A stretch of 64,000 bases of DNA from an uncultured Chthonomonadaceae bacterium (lineage in GTDB: Bacteria > Armatimonadota > Chthonomonadetes > Chthonomonadales > Chthonomonadaceae), in the NCBI GenBank assembly GCA_963835065.1, contig CAWIEK010000063.1, forward strand, positions 96,001 to 160,000, written 5' to 3'. Under the pieces are notes generated by a model. The model was not told the DNA's origin. It saw nothing but the letters and a program-made list of their open reading frames with translations, and made no database searches. The position numbers were made by a program, and so were the translations under genes. Shown piece after piece: positions 8,856 to 21,000 of this stretch. Numbering within the stretch: the first letter of the stretch is position 1; every line of letters begins with the position of its first letter.

Positions 8856-11800
8856 ATGATTCGCAGACTTGAAGCAGGGCAAGCCGTTGGCATGATGCAG
8901 CCCGATCATGCCGCATTGGGAAGGGGAATGGCGCAAACGGCCTGCGCAAACCTGTCCATGCCGCTGCGATTAGCCCTCGCCTTTGTAAAGCCTGGGCTGG
9001 CAACCCCGGATTTTCTTGCTGGCATACGCGGCGGTTTGGACGCGGTTCGCCCCGGCTCGGCTCCTGTTCCCCTTATCGGTTGTACAACCCCCTATCCCAT
9101 TTGCAGCCTGGCAGCGGAAACGCTGCCGGATGCCGCGCTGACAATCGTGGCCGCGCAGGAGCAGGACCTGACCGTCCATATCGGGTTTGGCCCCAACGCC
9201 GCCTCAGACCCGGAAGGAGCGGTTGTCGCCGCGCTGGCTCACCCTCCCATTGCGCAGATGATCAAACATCGCCCGCATGGGTTTTTGCTGGTGATTACGC
9301 CGGGTTTCGCCGTCCGCGACAGCGATCAGCCGGTGGGACCGCATAAGGATTACGAAATCATCCGCTTGCTGGCCGCCAAATTGGGGCGTCATTTCCCCAT
9401 TTTCGGAGGTTCCGCCGCCGATGATTTTTTGCGCTGTCAGGCCCGCCAGCTTTTACGCGCCGATGTTCATGCCGATACCCTGCTTCTGGCGTTTGTGGAG
9501 ACTACGCTGTGTTTCGAGTACGACTACGCCTATGGAATGGAGCCGCGCCTGCCCGGTTATCGCGTGGACGCTTTTGCGGCAAGCGAAACCGGGGCATCCG
9601 ATGCCCGGCAGTCGGGGCAGTATGTTTCCCGGATCGAAAACCGCCCTGCCGTTGAATTCATTCGTGAGTGTCAGGCCCGTACGCCCGAAAAACCCCTGCT
9701 GTTCGCGGTCGGCGACGCGCTCAACGGATTCCATTTCGCGCGTCACTTCGCGTGGGGCGACAGGCCGGAAGCCGTCTTTTTCCAGCGCCCTCTTCCCCTT
9801 TCCGCGACCCTGTACCCCGCAGAGGCTTCCCGCGAAAAGATGCTTCAGGCCGCCCGCTTCCCTGATGGGGCGCGGGAAAGCGGTGGTTCACGCCCGCGCC
9901 CTATCCTTTCCCTGGCCGTGTGCGGCGCAGGCCGCCCGGACATTGTAAGTTCCGATGCGCAGCAACGAGCCGCCTATGTGGTGGAAGAGATACAGGCATT
10001 GCGCGGCAGCCTGTCCGGGACATCGTCGTGTGCGGAAAACGAGGCTGTCCTCGCCGGCTTCTACGCTTACAGTGAACACTGCGGCAATTATGATGTCGCC
10101 AATGTGAATAAGAACTTTGCGGTTGCCCGATTGTCGCTTGGCAACGAACTGTATCGGGACGCGGCGCAACTGGCGAAACTAAGCCTTTTATCGCAGCTTG
10201 CCTTGAAACTGCCGGAATGTAACACCGAAAAAGACATTGCCGTGATGGTGCTGGAAGCGCTCAATCAAGTGGATTACGCGGGGGGCATGATTTCATTCGT
10301 CAACTCCAAGGAAAACAAGATACGCGCCTCCTATGCGGTTAATGGATCGGAGGCCGACTGCGGGCAATGGAAAAACATCTCCGATTTAACCGTTCGAGAA
10401 CTTGACAGCGATGACATTCTGGCGTATGTCGTCAACACCGCCAACCCCTCTTCAAAGCCGATAGTGATTGGGGATTGTTCTCAGGAGGATAATGGTAATC
10501 AGGGCCATAGTAACGGGGATAATGGTACTCAAAGAGCGCGGTGTAATCAGGAGGCCGTTCGCGCGGGGCACATTCAGGGGCAGGTGATTTTTGCCCTTAT
10601 GGACAGCCGCATCGGGGAACGGGCGTTCGGCACATTGCAAATCGGTATCCCGCTGAATTATGATCCGAGCGCCTCGGAATTGGAGGCGCTGCAAACGTTC
10701 GCGCGCCTGGCCGCGCAAAGCATCGCTTCCCTGCGCGGGCGCCTGGAGTTTCAAAATCAGTTACAGCAATTGTACGCCCTCAGCCATGATGCGGTATCCG
10801 GCGAGGACATAGATAAGCTGCTGGAAGATTTCGTTCGTTTGGCAATGGAAAAAACCGGCGCGGAATGTGCCTCGCTGCGCCTGGTGGATCACGCCAAAAA
10901 CAAATTGTATTTCCGCGCGCTTTATCCGCCCAATGCCGAAATATGGCAGCAGAAGCGCGTTCTTGACGCGCGCCATCAGGGGATCAAGCTGCCTCCCGAC
11001 AGTCAGGACGACGGCTTTGAGTATATCGGGCAGCGCGTGTACCATGAAGGCAAGCCTTACCGCACTCAACGGGAGGACCCGCAGCGGCCTTACAATAAAT
11101 TTATTGAGAGTATGACAAGCGATCTTTCCGTGCCGCTGCTGCTGCACATCCCCGACGACGGGGAGGACGGCAATCAGGATATGTCTCTCCATCTGGCCGA
11201 CAGCCCCGGCACCCTGCGCAAAGGGCACTTTTTGGGTATTCTCACCGTCAACCGCAACGGGAACGATTTTCATCCCGAAGACGAGTATCGTCTCGTGGTT
11301 TTGGCGCGCATAGTGACGGCTTCCCTGCTGTTTGCCAATGCGCAGGTGCTGGCGACCACGCGCAATGATGTGTTTCGCTTATTTTTACACACGCTGCCTT
11401 CGCCCGGTTCCGTAGAGGAGCGTCGCGCCGTTTTGAATCAAGCGGCGGAAACCATTCGTAAAGCGCTGGGCTGCCAGACCTGCTCCATATTTCTGGAAAA
11501 CCCGCTGTCTTCCCAAACGCTGTATCTGGAGGCGACCACCAGTTCAAACTGGCCGATAAGGTGGGCAGCGCGATGCAGGCGTATGGGCACGGATTGACGG
11601 GCGGCGTGGCGCAGTTGAACATGCCGCTGCGCCTGACGGATGTGACGCGCTGCCGGGAGGGAGACAGCGCTTATGATGAATTGCGCGAGGATTATCCCCA
11701 GTTCTGGCAGGCAGGCATTTGTTGGCGCAACGTCCATTCGGAATACGAGGAGGACGCGGCGGATAACAACGGACGCAAGCAGTGGCTTGGCGTGCCGGTT

Positions 11801-12694
11801 TCCGTGCCGGGGGAAGCCCGCTGTCAGGGGGTGATTCGCTGCACGGCCTGGCACAGCGCGGAAAATTTCACGGAAGAAGACGAAAAATTGCTGATGGCGA
11901 TTGCGGAGTGGCTGGCGCAATGGCTGACCCTGCTGCAGCATCAAAGCGACTTTAGCGAAACCAAAGACCGTCTGCTCGCCTTTGTGTCCCACGAACTGCG
12001 CACCCCGCTGACTTCCGTAAAAAACAACGCCGAGATGCTGCTGAGTCCGATGTACGGCGACCTGGACAAAAAACATAAGCAAATGGTGTCGCGCCTGCAT
12101 CAGCGCAGTATCGAAGCGCTGGAAATGGTCAGCAACATGCTGGATCATGCCCGCTTCAACGCCGGCAGCCTGCCGCACAGGCCGCGCTACCTGAAAGTGA
12201 AGACGCTTCTCGATCAGATAACAAAAGAATTTTATGATACCTGCGAGGCGCGTCATATCACGCTGACAAGTTCGGCGGACCCGCCGGACGGCATGATGTA
12301 TGCGGACCCCGCACAGGCCAAAAGCATCGCGCAAAACCTGGTAAGCAACGCGGTCAAGTATACGCCCGATGCAGGTACAATCACCATCCGCGCCGAAGTT
12401 TCCAGTCAGGGGTGTCGTATTTCGGTGCGCGATACGGGCGTCGGCCTGACCCCGGAAGATGCCGAGCGCATCTTTGATCCGTTCTTTCGCGTCAAAACCA
12501 CGCGGCGCGCGACCGTGCCGGGAATTGGCCTGGGGCTGTCGCTGGTAAGGGAGCAGATCGAGCGGCATGGCGGTTCGGTGACAGTAAACAGCGAGATCGG
12601 CAAGTTTACGGAATTTATCGCGCTGTTCCCGCCGGGCAAAAAGCCCGCGCGCCGTTTTCCGGCATCGGCAAAACGTTCCCGGAAAGGAGATTAA
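8856..12694 (+). CDS. FIST-domain, multi-GAF sensor histidine kinase, split by a frameshift near 11550-11590
   Basis: PLIGCTT, PIFGGSAADD and AGFYAYSE (FIST); GAF-like segments; VSHELRTPL, NLVSNAVKY, DTGVG, GIGLGL in the overlapping ORF 11561-12694. Confidence 0.8.
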
Positions 12695-12695
12695 C

Positions 12696-13898
12696 ATGCC
12701 TGCGGAAGTTCCGGCGCAAACCATTGTGATCGCCGATGATGATAACAGAAACCGTGAAGACTACGAGGCGATGCTTCAGCCGTTGGGATGTACGATTGTC
12801 CCGCTGCAAAGTAAAGAGGAGGTCTATGAATACTGCGCCGGCAACCCTCCCCCCGATCTGGTGCTGCTGGATTTGTGGTTCCCCGACATGGAGGATGGGC
12901 TGGAAGCCTGCCGCCGCCTGCGGGAAGCGTCGGCCCACTCGGAAATTGCCATCGTGATGATTACGGCGGTCGGCCACGATCCCAACAATTTGCAAAAGTG
13001 CATCGAGGCCGGCGCAGACGATTTTCTCGTTCGGGGCGTTGCCATCGTGGAACTTTTGCAGCGGGTCAGCAGCAAACTGCGGGCGCAGCGGGCCATTCGG
13101 CAACTGGTTGAGCGGGAGCGGGAGTTGGTCGAGCGTAAGCTGGATGCGGAGCGGCTGAAGGCTTTGGCTGAATTTGTCCGCAGCGTCAAGCATGATGTCG
13201 GCAACGCGCTGAACGTGATTGAAGTCGTATTTGAGGACTTCAATGCCAGCCGGGACCGCCTGCAAACCTTGAGAGCCTCGGTGGAACAGCAGATAATCGC
13301 TCTGGAGCAGACGTTTGCAGACAATCATGGTCAGCTTGCGGAATTGCAATATCTGGTGAATTTACAGGTGCAGGCGTTGCAGGCGCTGGCAATGAGCGGC
13401 GGCGCGGAGCCACAAGATGAAGTTGACATTCGCGCGCTGGTCAAAGACGCTTACACGCTGGCGCGCAAGCAGGCGCAGCCCAGCGTGGTTCGTTTGGAGT
13501 GCCCGCCCGATCTGGACGCAAAGGTAAGGGCGTACCGGTTCGGCCTGCTTTTTTCATTGCGCGAAATGGTTTTGAATGCGTCTACCTTCATTCGGCAGCA
13601 TGGCGAAGTCCATAAGACAAGCAGATCGGGCAGTATCCTTTTGAAAGCCGAGCGCGTGGAAATCAATGGCAGATCGGCGGTGCGTATCATCGTCGCGGAT
13701 GACGGGCCGGGCGTTCGGGAAGAACTGCGCGACAAGATATTTGAACAGGGCTTTCGTTCGCGGCCCGGCATCAGCGAACCGGGCGGATGGGGGCTTTATG
13801 CCGCCAAAATGCGCGTGGAAAAAGCGGGCGGGACGCTGCGGCACGAGCCTAACCAGCCACAGGGCGCTGTGTTCATCATCGAACTGCCTGTGCCGTAA
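12696..13898 (+). CDS. Hybrid response regulator-histidine kinase (REC-HisKA-HATPase)
   Basis: IVIADDD, DLVLLDLWFP, GADDF; KHDVGNAL; DDGPG, GWGL. Confidence 0.88.
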   Translation: MPAEVPAQTIVIADDDNRNREDYEAMLQPLGCTIVPLQSKEEVYEYCAGNPPPDLVLLDLWFPDMEDGLEACRRLREASAHSEIAIVMITAVGHDPNNLQKCIEAGADDFLVRGVAIVELLQRVSSKLRAQRAIRQLVERERELVERKLDAERLKALAEFVRSVKHDVGNALNVIEVVFEDFNASRDRLQTLRASVEQQIIALEQTFADNHGQLAELQYLVNLQVQALQALAMSGGAEPQDEVDIRALVKDAYTLARKQAQPSVVRLECPPDLDAKVRAYRFGLLFSLREMVLNASTFIRQHGEVHKTSRSGSILLKAERVEINGRSAVRIIVADDGPGVREELRDKIFEQGFRSRPGISEPGGWGLYAAKMRVEKAGGTLRHEPNQPQGAVFIIELPVP

Positions 13899-13943
13899 CT
13901 CAATCTTAGGTATGCGGGTGTTCGAGTGTTCAGGTATTCGGTA

Positions 13944-13974
13944 TGTGTTCATCATCGAACTGCCCGTGCCATAG
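13944..13974 (+). repeat. Second copy of the last 10 codons of the upstream kinase gene
   Basis: Matches 13868-13898; both encode VFIIELPVP*; three third-position differences. Confidence 0.85.
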
Positions 13975-14013
13975 CGGATTGACGCGCGCCTGTCCCTGTC
14001 AGACGGATTGTGT

Positions 14014-14589
14014 TCAGACCTTTTTCAAAGTTTCCAGGTACTTGAAAACTTCTTCGGCTTCCTTGCCGCCCATTTTGGCATGGGCGAGGAGGGGGATACC
14101 GTGCGGGCCTTTGGCGTCGGCAAGGGTCGGGTGCGCGGTCAGCAGGGATTTGACGACATCCAGATGGCCGAGCATTGTGGCCGTAAACAGATCGGGACGC
14201 GCGCCTTTCTCGATTAAAAACAGGGCAATATCGCGCCGTCCCATGTGTGACGCGCCGCCAATGCCCGCTTCCCAATCGCCGCCGCCCCAATCCACCGTTG
14301 CGTTCAAAACCGCAGGCTCTTTTTCCAGCAGCCTTTTGACCATATCCAGATCATAGTGCGCGAAAATCACGAAGTCCTGAACCAGCGTGCTGCTCAGGCG
14401 CGGCTTGCGCAGTTTCGGCTTAAACGTGGGCGCGGGATAATCGCGCGTCTCATCCGGCGTGGGCGCGGGGATAGGCGGCGTTTGCGGCTGCGCCTGCCCT
14501 GTGGTTTGCGCCTGCGCGATGGTTTCCGCCGACAAAACTCCGGCAATCAGCGCGGCGTGAAAAGCGCGGCGCGACATAGGTTCCTGCAT
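14014..14589 (-). CDS. Tat-signal ankyrin-repeat protein
   Basis: SRRAF twin-arginine motif; ASHMGRRDIALFLIEKGA, TMLGHLDVVKSLL. Confidence 0.8.
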   Translation of the reverse strand: MQEPMSRRAFHAALIAGVLSAETIAQAQTTGQAQPQTPPIPAPTPDETRDYPAPTFKPKLRKPRLSSTLVQDFVIFAHYDLDMVKRLLEKEPAVLNATVDWGGGDWEAGIGGASHMGRRDIALFLIEKGARPDLFTATMLGHLDVVKSLLTAHPTLADAKGPHGIPLLAHAKMGGKEAEEVFKYLETLKKV

Positions 14590-14647
14590 AATCGTTTCCT
14601 TTCTGGTTCAGGGACACAGCCCGAACTGGTATCTACAACAAGAGGAT

Positions 14648-15079
14648 TCATTCTCTCTCCGCAGCCATCTTACGCTGTTCGGCGCGGCTTTCCGCAATCG
14701 CGTCCCACAAACCGTCAACCGCCTCATCCAATCCCGGATCTTCAGTGTGCAGAGCCTGTACCATTTGCATGATGCTTTCCATGCTTCCGTCTCCGGTTGC
14801 GGGGGGGATGATACCAAGTCTGGCCTGCTCGGGCGTGGGGTCGGGACGTTGAGGAATGACAAGTTTAGCCGCTTCCTCCGATACACTCCGCTGTTCCTGC
14901 ATTTCCGCCTTATCTTTGCGCCCTGCGTCTTCTTGTAATGAATCTTCTTGCCGTGTATCTACCAGCGACAGACGCACTCGCCGCCCCGTCCAGCGCGCGG
15001 CCTGCGCTGCCGCTTCTTCCCAGGTTCCCTCAAATTCGTACAGCCGTTGATTTCCTGATACGTTCATCGTTTCGTTCAT
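14648..15079 (-). CDS. Hypothetical protein (antitoxin-like)
   Basis: GGAGG RBS; EGTWEE..GRRVRLSL N-terminus; acidic. Confidence 0.55.
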   Translation of the reverse strand: MNETMNVSGNQRLYEFEGTWEEAAAQAARWTGRRVRLSLVDTRQEDSLQEDAGRKDKAEMQEQRSVSEEAAKLVIPQRPDPTPEQARLGIIPPATGDGSMESIMQMVQALHTEDPGLDEAVDGLWDAIAESRAEQRKMAAERE

Positions 15080-15235
15080 AGTACGCCTCCTGACGGCCTC
15101 GACGCGCTTGCAGCATCCTGACCCTGCCTACAGTTTCCCACATTTTCATCATAAACAAGCGTGAATAAACACGCCATCTTCATTCTACACTGATAGGCGG
15201 CAAACGCGCAAGTAAAAACTTAGCGGTTTTCTATA

Positions 15236-15273
15236 GCAAACAGCCTCCTGTCTTATGGCAGGAGGCTGTTTGC
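15236..15273. terminator. Hairpin, probable intrinsic terminator behind the duplicated RND 3' end
   Basis: GCAAACAGCCTCCTG..CAGGAGGCTGTTTGC. Confidence 0.7.
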
Positions 15274-15280
15274 GCGTTAG

Positions 15281-15417
15281 GGCAGGTGGCGCAAGGTAGA
15301 TTAGCGGCGGCGGGTAAGCGGGTTCAGGCGTCCCAAGCCTGTGCGCAGCTTGCCCCACAGCGGCGTGGTCACGATGTCGTCGAAGACCGAGGTAGATGAC
15401 GGGCGTGGTGAGCAGGG
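15281..15417 (-). pseudogene. Duplicated 3' end (~39 codons plus 3' flank) of the RND gene
   Basis: Aligns with 18083-18214; tail NPLTRRR* versus NPRARRP*; one 1-bp insertion. Confidence 0.88.
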
Positions 15418-15437
15418 ACAACCGTTTAAGCGCGTGT

Positions 15438-17337
15438 TCAGGGCGATGTTAGCGCCGCAATATACAGGCGGACGCGCGGAGAGTTGTGTAAACTCAGACT
15501 TTCGACGCCCACATTGGAGCGTAAGCCAAGCAGAACTGCGTTCTTACTGTCCGCCGCCTTGCTTAAATCCGGCGCAGAAAGCAATGCAAGAGCCTGCCGC
15601 TGTTGAGCGTCGGTAAGCGCGGCAAATGGCAGGTGCCCCTCGACAATTTGACGGCGGGCTTCCTCGCGCAAACTGGAGTAAAAGCGCGTGGTGGAATACT
15701 CATGAAAAATACGATTCACATCCTGGTCGAAGGGGAAAGGCCAGATGTAATTGGTGAGCGTACTTTGGTCGTTGACAACTTCCGTTCGCGCCTTTGGCAA
15801 GCTTTTGGGCGTGTAAGGGGTATACCAGGACAATCCATTTGCGAGTTGCCAAAGCGTGAGCGTATCCGTAACCTCCGCCTCCCAATCCATTTGCGCTTTC
15901 ACTTGTTCCGGCGTCCAGGGCGTCTTCGCGTCTTTAGCCCCTCCCTTTTTCATGTTCTGCTTGACGGACAGCCAACGACTGAGAAGAGAGGCCGGAACTT
16001 CCAGATTGTCGGCCTTATACCAGCGGTTATAACGGAACAAGTAGAGGTTGGCCTCTGTTTGCTTCCAACTGGTATCTTGCCTGCAGGGCGCGAAAATTCA
16101 ATTCCTCTTTCAGCGGGCGCGTCAGAGGCTGAGAAAAAGGATTGGGAGCGCTCGTAGCGGATAAAGACGCGGGATAACCAGGCAGCGAGTAGTAGTCGGC
16201 AATAAACTCCATGTTGCTCTTGTCTGCAAGCCATTGAAACACTTCGGGGCGATAAGGTGGCGGGTTGCTGCGAGACGTCTGCGTGGGGAGGTCATTGGGC
16301 CAGACACGGGTGCTTTGATAGTTCGCCAACTCACGCCAGGCGCGTGGCGCAGCGCGTCCCATCCGCTTTACCTGCTCCGGCAGTTGATTTTGACTGAGCA
16401 TCAGCACGGCCAATTGTGGCGTCATGCCTGTAGAAAACGCATACACATGCGTTGCCTGGTAATCGGGAAGCAAAATGCCAACGGTGACTCCGTGCCCCCG
16501 ATTGTTGAAGCGCACAATAACGTTTTGCCAGTCTACACTTCTGTGCGCCGCAAACATGGTCGCGCCCTCAGTGTGCCCCAACAGGTTTTGCGCGCCGGAA
16601 GGCAGATCGCGCAGGAACACCGTTGTCGCCTGTTCCTCAAAGTCGCCCTGCGTCGCCATGCCTCCTTGCCCATAGAAGGATAAATCAATCAACTGGTTCG
16701 CGATTTGTTCCTGCATGTCGGCTGGCAGCAGGTTGAAAAACTCTTGTTGATTGGCTAACATCGCTTCGATTTGCAGATCACTGTGTTCCGGGTTGGGATC
16801 GTTAGGCTGCCTGCGGAAAGGCTTGGCGCGTAAATGCTGAAGAACCTGTTCGCGCAGCCCCGCTAACGCTTGTTCACGCTGGCTTAGAAATAAATCCCAC
16901 CACCGCTGGCGACGCTGCGCGGCGGCAGGAGCCATGTAGAGTTTGTACCCGGTGTTGTCACTCAGAGCATGCCATTCACCCGGCATCCATTCCGCCAGCG
17001 ACTGCATCAAGGCGCGTAGGGAACGCTGTTTCAGCCGCAGTTGCAGTTTCTGGTTTGCGCAGGAAGGGTCTGCTTTAAGCGTCAGGCCATTCGCGCTAAC
17101 CTTTTGCAGAAGTTCCTCCAAATTGATGCCTACCTCATCCAAACTGATTTTACGTTCCAGGCGCGTGTCATTCGGAATTGGTGGAGATTGCGTTACAGGC
17201 GATTGAGAGGGAAGCGTGGAAGGTGGTTTCTGCGCCAATCCTGCTGTACAAGCAAACAGTAAAAGTAAAGGCGCAAACCTGAAGCTCACTAAGTGTTGTC
17301 TTCTCAAAGTGACCTCCTCGCAAACATAGTTGCCCAT
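15438..17337 (-). CDS. Secreted hypothetical protein (STN-like N-terminus), split by a frameshift near 16040-16070
   Basis: Signal peptide; DTRLERKISL..LEELLQ..LQLRLKQRSLRALMQSLA; overlapping ORFs 16027-17337 and 15438-16040. Confidence 0.6.
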
Positions 17338-17418
17338 ACCGAAGAGTGTTCATTCAATCGGCATGGGCAAGGAATAACAAAAGGCAGTCAGCTGTTCCAG
17401 TGGCAAACTGCCATAACG

Positions 17419-17847
17419 TTATTGAGTGATAGTGACATTGATGTGGTTCGTTGAGGCTGACCAAACGCCGAATCCATTCTCCAATCCGCCGTCAATACAA
17501 TAACACTCGTATACGCCGGATGAGTTGAATGATTCAGAAAAGCTATGGCTGCCGCCATGAAAAGCGGTAAAGTTGTCGAAGTTCGGATCCGTTTCCGAAA
17601 ACAAGTCACCCGTGCTAAGGTTGTTCCAGTGCGCCACGATGGATTTCCAATCGGAGTCACTGGAACTCAGCTGCACACTGTTAATCCATTGCATGATGAC
17701 AGTGTTCCCTCCCCCATAGAATGAGAAAGAACTGGTATTGCCGGCAATAGATAAAGAGCAGGTAGCCGCGCGGACAGGGCAAGCAAGCGTCAGCAAAGTG
17801 CCGATGCTCAGGAAAGCGAACAAACTGGCGTACCTCATTCGTTTCAT
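17419..17847 (-). CDS. Secreted Ser/Thr-rich beta-strand protein
   Basis: GAGG RBS, signal peptide; TTGACA-type promoter near 17945. Confidence 0.6.
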   Translation of the reverse strand: MKRMRYASLFAFLSIGTLLTLACPVRAATCSLSIAGNTSSFSFYGGGNTVIMQWINSVQLSSSDSDWKSIVAHWNNLSTGDLFSETDPNFDNFTAFHGGSHSFSESFNSSGVYECYCIDGGLENGFGVWSASTNHINVTITQ

Positions 17848-18098
17848 GACGAGCCTCCTTGTTCCTTAAAGGAACAGTCGTGCGGCTTACCTTCAGAAGC
17901 CGCAGTATGATTGACTTATCATTGATAAGTTTTTTCTGGGATTTGTCAAGAGGCTACAGCAAAAATACTGCGATTTGTCGTAAAAGTTCACTCAACTTCG
18001 CGTAGAGACATGCTTTTAAAGCAAATGCCGCAAAATCAAGGTTGGTTTTGCGGCTTTTCGTGTGAGCTACTGATGCAGTACAGGCAAGTAGCGTAAGG

Positions 18099-21000
18099 TT
18101 AGGGGCGGCGGGCGCGTGGGTTCAGGCGTCCCAAGCCTGTGCGCAGCTTGCCCCACAAGGGCGTGGTCACGATGTCGTCGAAGACCGAGTAGATGACGGG
18201 CGTGGCGAGCAGGGTCAGCAGCAGGGAAAGCGTCTGCCCGCCGATGACCGTGTACCCGATGCCCCGGTTCGTCGCCGCGCCCGTGCCGCTGGAAAACACG
18301 AGCGGAATCATGCCCGCCACAAACGCAATCGTCGTCATCAGAATCGGACGCAGGCGGTCCCGGTTGGCCTGAATGATGGCGTCGTAGCGGTTCATGCCCC
18401 GCGCCCGCAGTTGGTTGGTGTGGTCTACCTGCAAAATACCGTTCTTTTTCACCACGCCGAACAGCACCATCAGCCCCAAAACCGTGAAGATGTTGAGCGA
18501 CTGGTGGAAAATCACGAGCGCGAGTATGGCGAACGGAACCGTCAGCGGCAGGGCGAGCAGAATGGTGATCGGGTGTATCCACGATTCAAACTGCGCGGCC
18601 AAAATCAGGTACATGAAGATGATCGCCAGCAGGAACGTGGTGACGAACGCGACTGCCGCCTTGACCAGCTCTTTCGATGTGCCGGACGGCCCCGATGTGT
18701 ACTGCGGCGGCATGTGCTGCTTGTCAATGATTTTTTGCAGCGCGGCGGATACGTCCGACTGTGACGCGGTGGGCAGCACGTTGCTGGTAATCAGCACGTT
18801 GCGCCGCCGGTCCTGCCGCGTGATCTGCGACGGCCCGGTTCCCGTTGTAAAGTCCGCCACCTGATCCAGCGTCACCGTGCCGCCCGGATTGGTCGTGGAC
18901 GGAACCGTCATCTGGCTGATAACACTTGGATCGTTGCGGTATGGCAGGTCGGCGCGGACGTGTACCTCGTACTGTTCGCCGTTTTCAAAGTAGTCCGTCA
19001 CTTTGTCGCCGCCCACCAGCAGGTGTCCCGTGTTGGCGATGTCGGCAACCGACACGCCCAGGTCGGCGGCGCGCTGGCGATCCGGCACGATGCCCAATTC
19101 CGGCTGCCCGACAATCAGCGACGTATCCGCATCCACCACGCCGGGAACCTTCTTGAACTCGGCCAGAACGTTCTGCGAATACTTTGTCAGTTCTTTCAAA
19201 TCCGGCCCGCCGATGAAGTAGGTAATGACCGCCTGGGGCGCTCCCGTCGAGAACGCGGGAACCGGTCCTGCGGATGTGCGCAGGTTGCCATACTTGGGCA
19301 GCACCTGGGTACGCGCCATCTGGGTCAAATCCTGCTGCGTCAGATCAGGGCGCTTGCTGACATCCACCAGCTTGACGAATATTGCGGCAAGGTTGGGCGT
19401 CTGCTGCGCGTTGTTGCCAATGGTGACAACGGTATACGCCACGCCTTTCAGCTTGCGAATGTCATCGGCAATGCGGCTGGCAATGGCGGTTGTGGCGCGG
19501 AGGGTCGTGCCTTCCGGCGCGCGAACGCTCACCTGGAACTGCAACTCGTCATCGTCCGGCAAAAAGTTCTTGGAAACCATCGGCACGGTAAACTTCATGC
19601 TGAACAGTGCCAGCAGGCAGGCCAGAATGACAATCCAGCGATGCCGCATGGAAAAATGCAGCATCCAGGTATACACGGCGTCAATCGGCTTGAAAATGCC
19701 TTTGTGCTTGCTGCCCTCGTTGGTGGTTGGTGACTTGTGGCTGGTGGCTGGTTGTCCTGTTCCCTGTTCCCTGTTCCCTGTTCCCTGAGTGACCCCTTCC
19801 TCACTGGGTACGCCGACGGGCAGGCCGTCCGAAGAGGGTTCTGCGGCGGCGGGTTTGGAGCGCTTGATCCAGCGGGAGGCGAGCATGGGCGTCATGGTGA
19901 AGGACACGATCAGCGAGACGAAAATGGCGAAGGCCATTGTCCAGCCGAACGAGTTCATAAACCGCCCGACGATGCCCGACATGAACGCGACGGGCAGGAA
20001 CACGGCGATCAGCGACAGGGTGGTGGCAAGCACGGCCAGCCCGATTTCGCGCGTCCCTTCAATCGCCGCCTCGAACGGCGTCATGCCCTTTTCTTCGATG
20101 AACCGATAGATGTTTTCCAGGACGACAATGGCGTCGTCAATCACGATGCCGACGGAAAGCGTGAGCGCGAGCAGGGTGAGGCTGTTGAGCGTAAAGTCTT
20201 TGGCGTACATCAGCGCGAACGTGCTGATGATACTGGCGGGAATGGCGATGGCGGAAATAATGGTCGTGCGCCAGTTCCACAGGAAGATGAGAACCACGAG
20301 CGCGGCCAAAATGCTGCCGAGTTTCAGGTGTTCCTTTACCGCGTCCGTGCTTGCCTTGATGTATTCGGACTGGTCGCGGGTAATGATGATTTTGTAACCC
20401 GGCGGCAATCCTTTCTCGATTTGTTTGAGGCGATCTTTCAGGCCGTCAACGGTCGCAACCGTGTTCAAGCCGGACTGCTTGCGGATGGACAAAATAACTG
20501 TCGGAACGCCGTTGTACAGCGCGGTGGTGTTTTCGTCTTCCACGCTGTCTTCCACATGCCCGACATCGGACACGCGAATAAACGCGCCGCCCTTTTTAGC
20601 AATTACAATGTCGTTGAAATTTTGCGCGACTTCTACCCGCCCGTGTGTGCGCAGGGTCAGTTCGCGGGTGTTCTGATCCACTTTGCCGCCCGGAACCTGA
20701 ATGTTCTGCGATTGCAGCGCGCGCTCCACGTCAATGGCGGTCAGGTTCACGGCGCGCAGTTTGCCGGGGTCAAGAATGATGTTAATCTGGCGCTTGCGTC
20801 CGCCGAGCAGCGTGACCTGTCCCACCCCGCTGACGTTTTCCAGTTGGCGGCGCAGGGTTTTGTCGGCGTACTCCGTCGTATCGCGCACATTGCCGGGCGA
20901 GGAAAGCGCCACTTCCAGGATCGGCGCGGCGTCCGGGTCTACCTTGTCCACAATCGGCGCTTTCAAGTCCTGCGGCAGATCGGCAAGGACGCCACTCACC

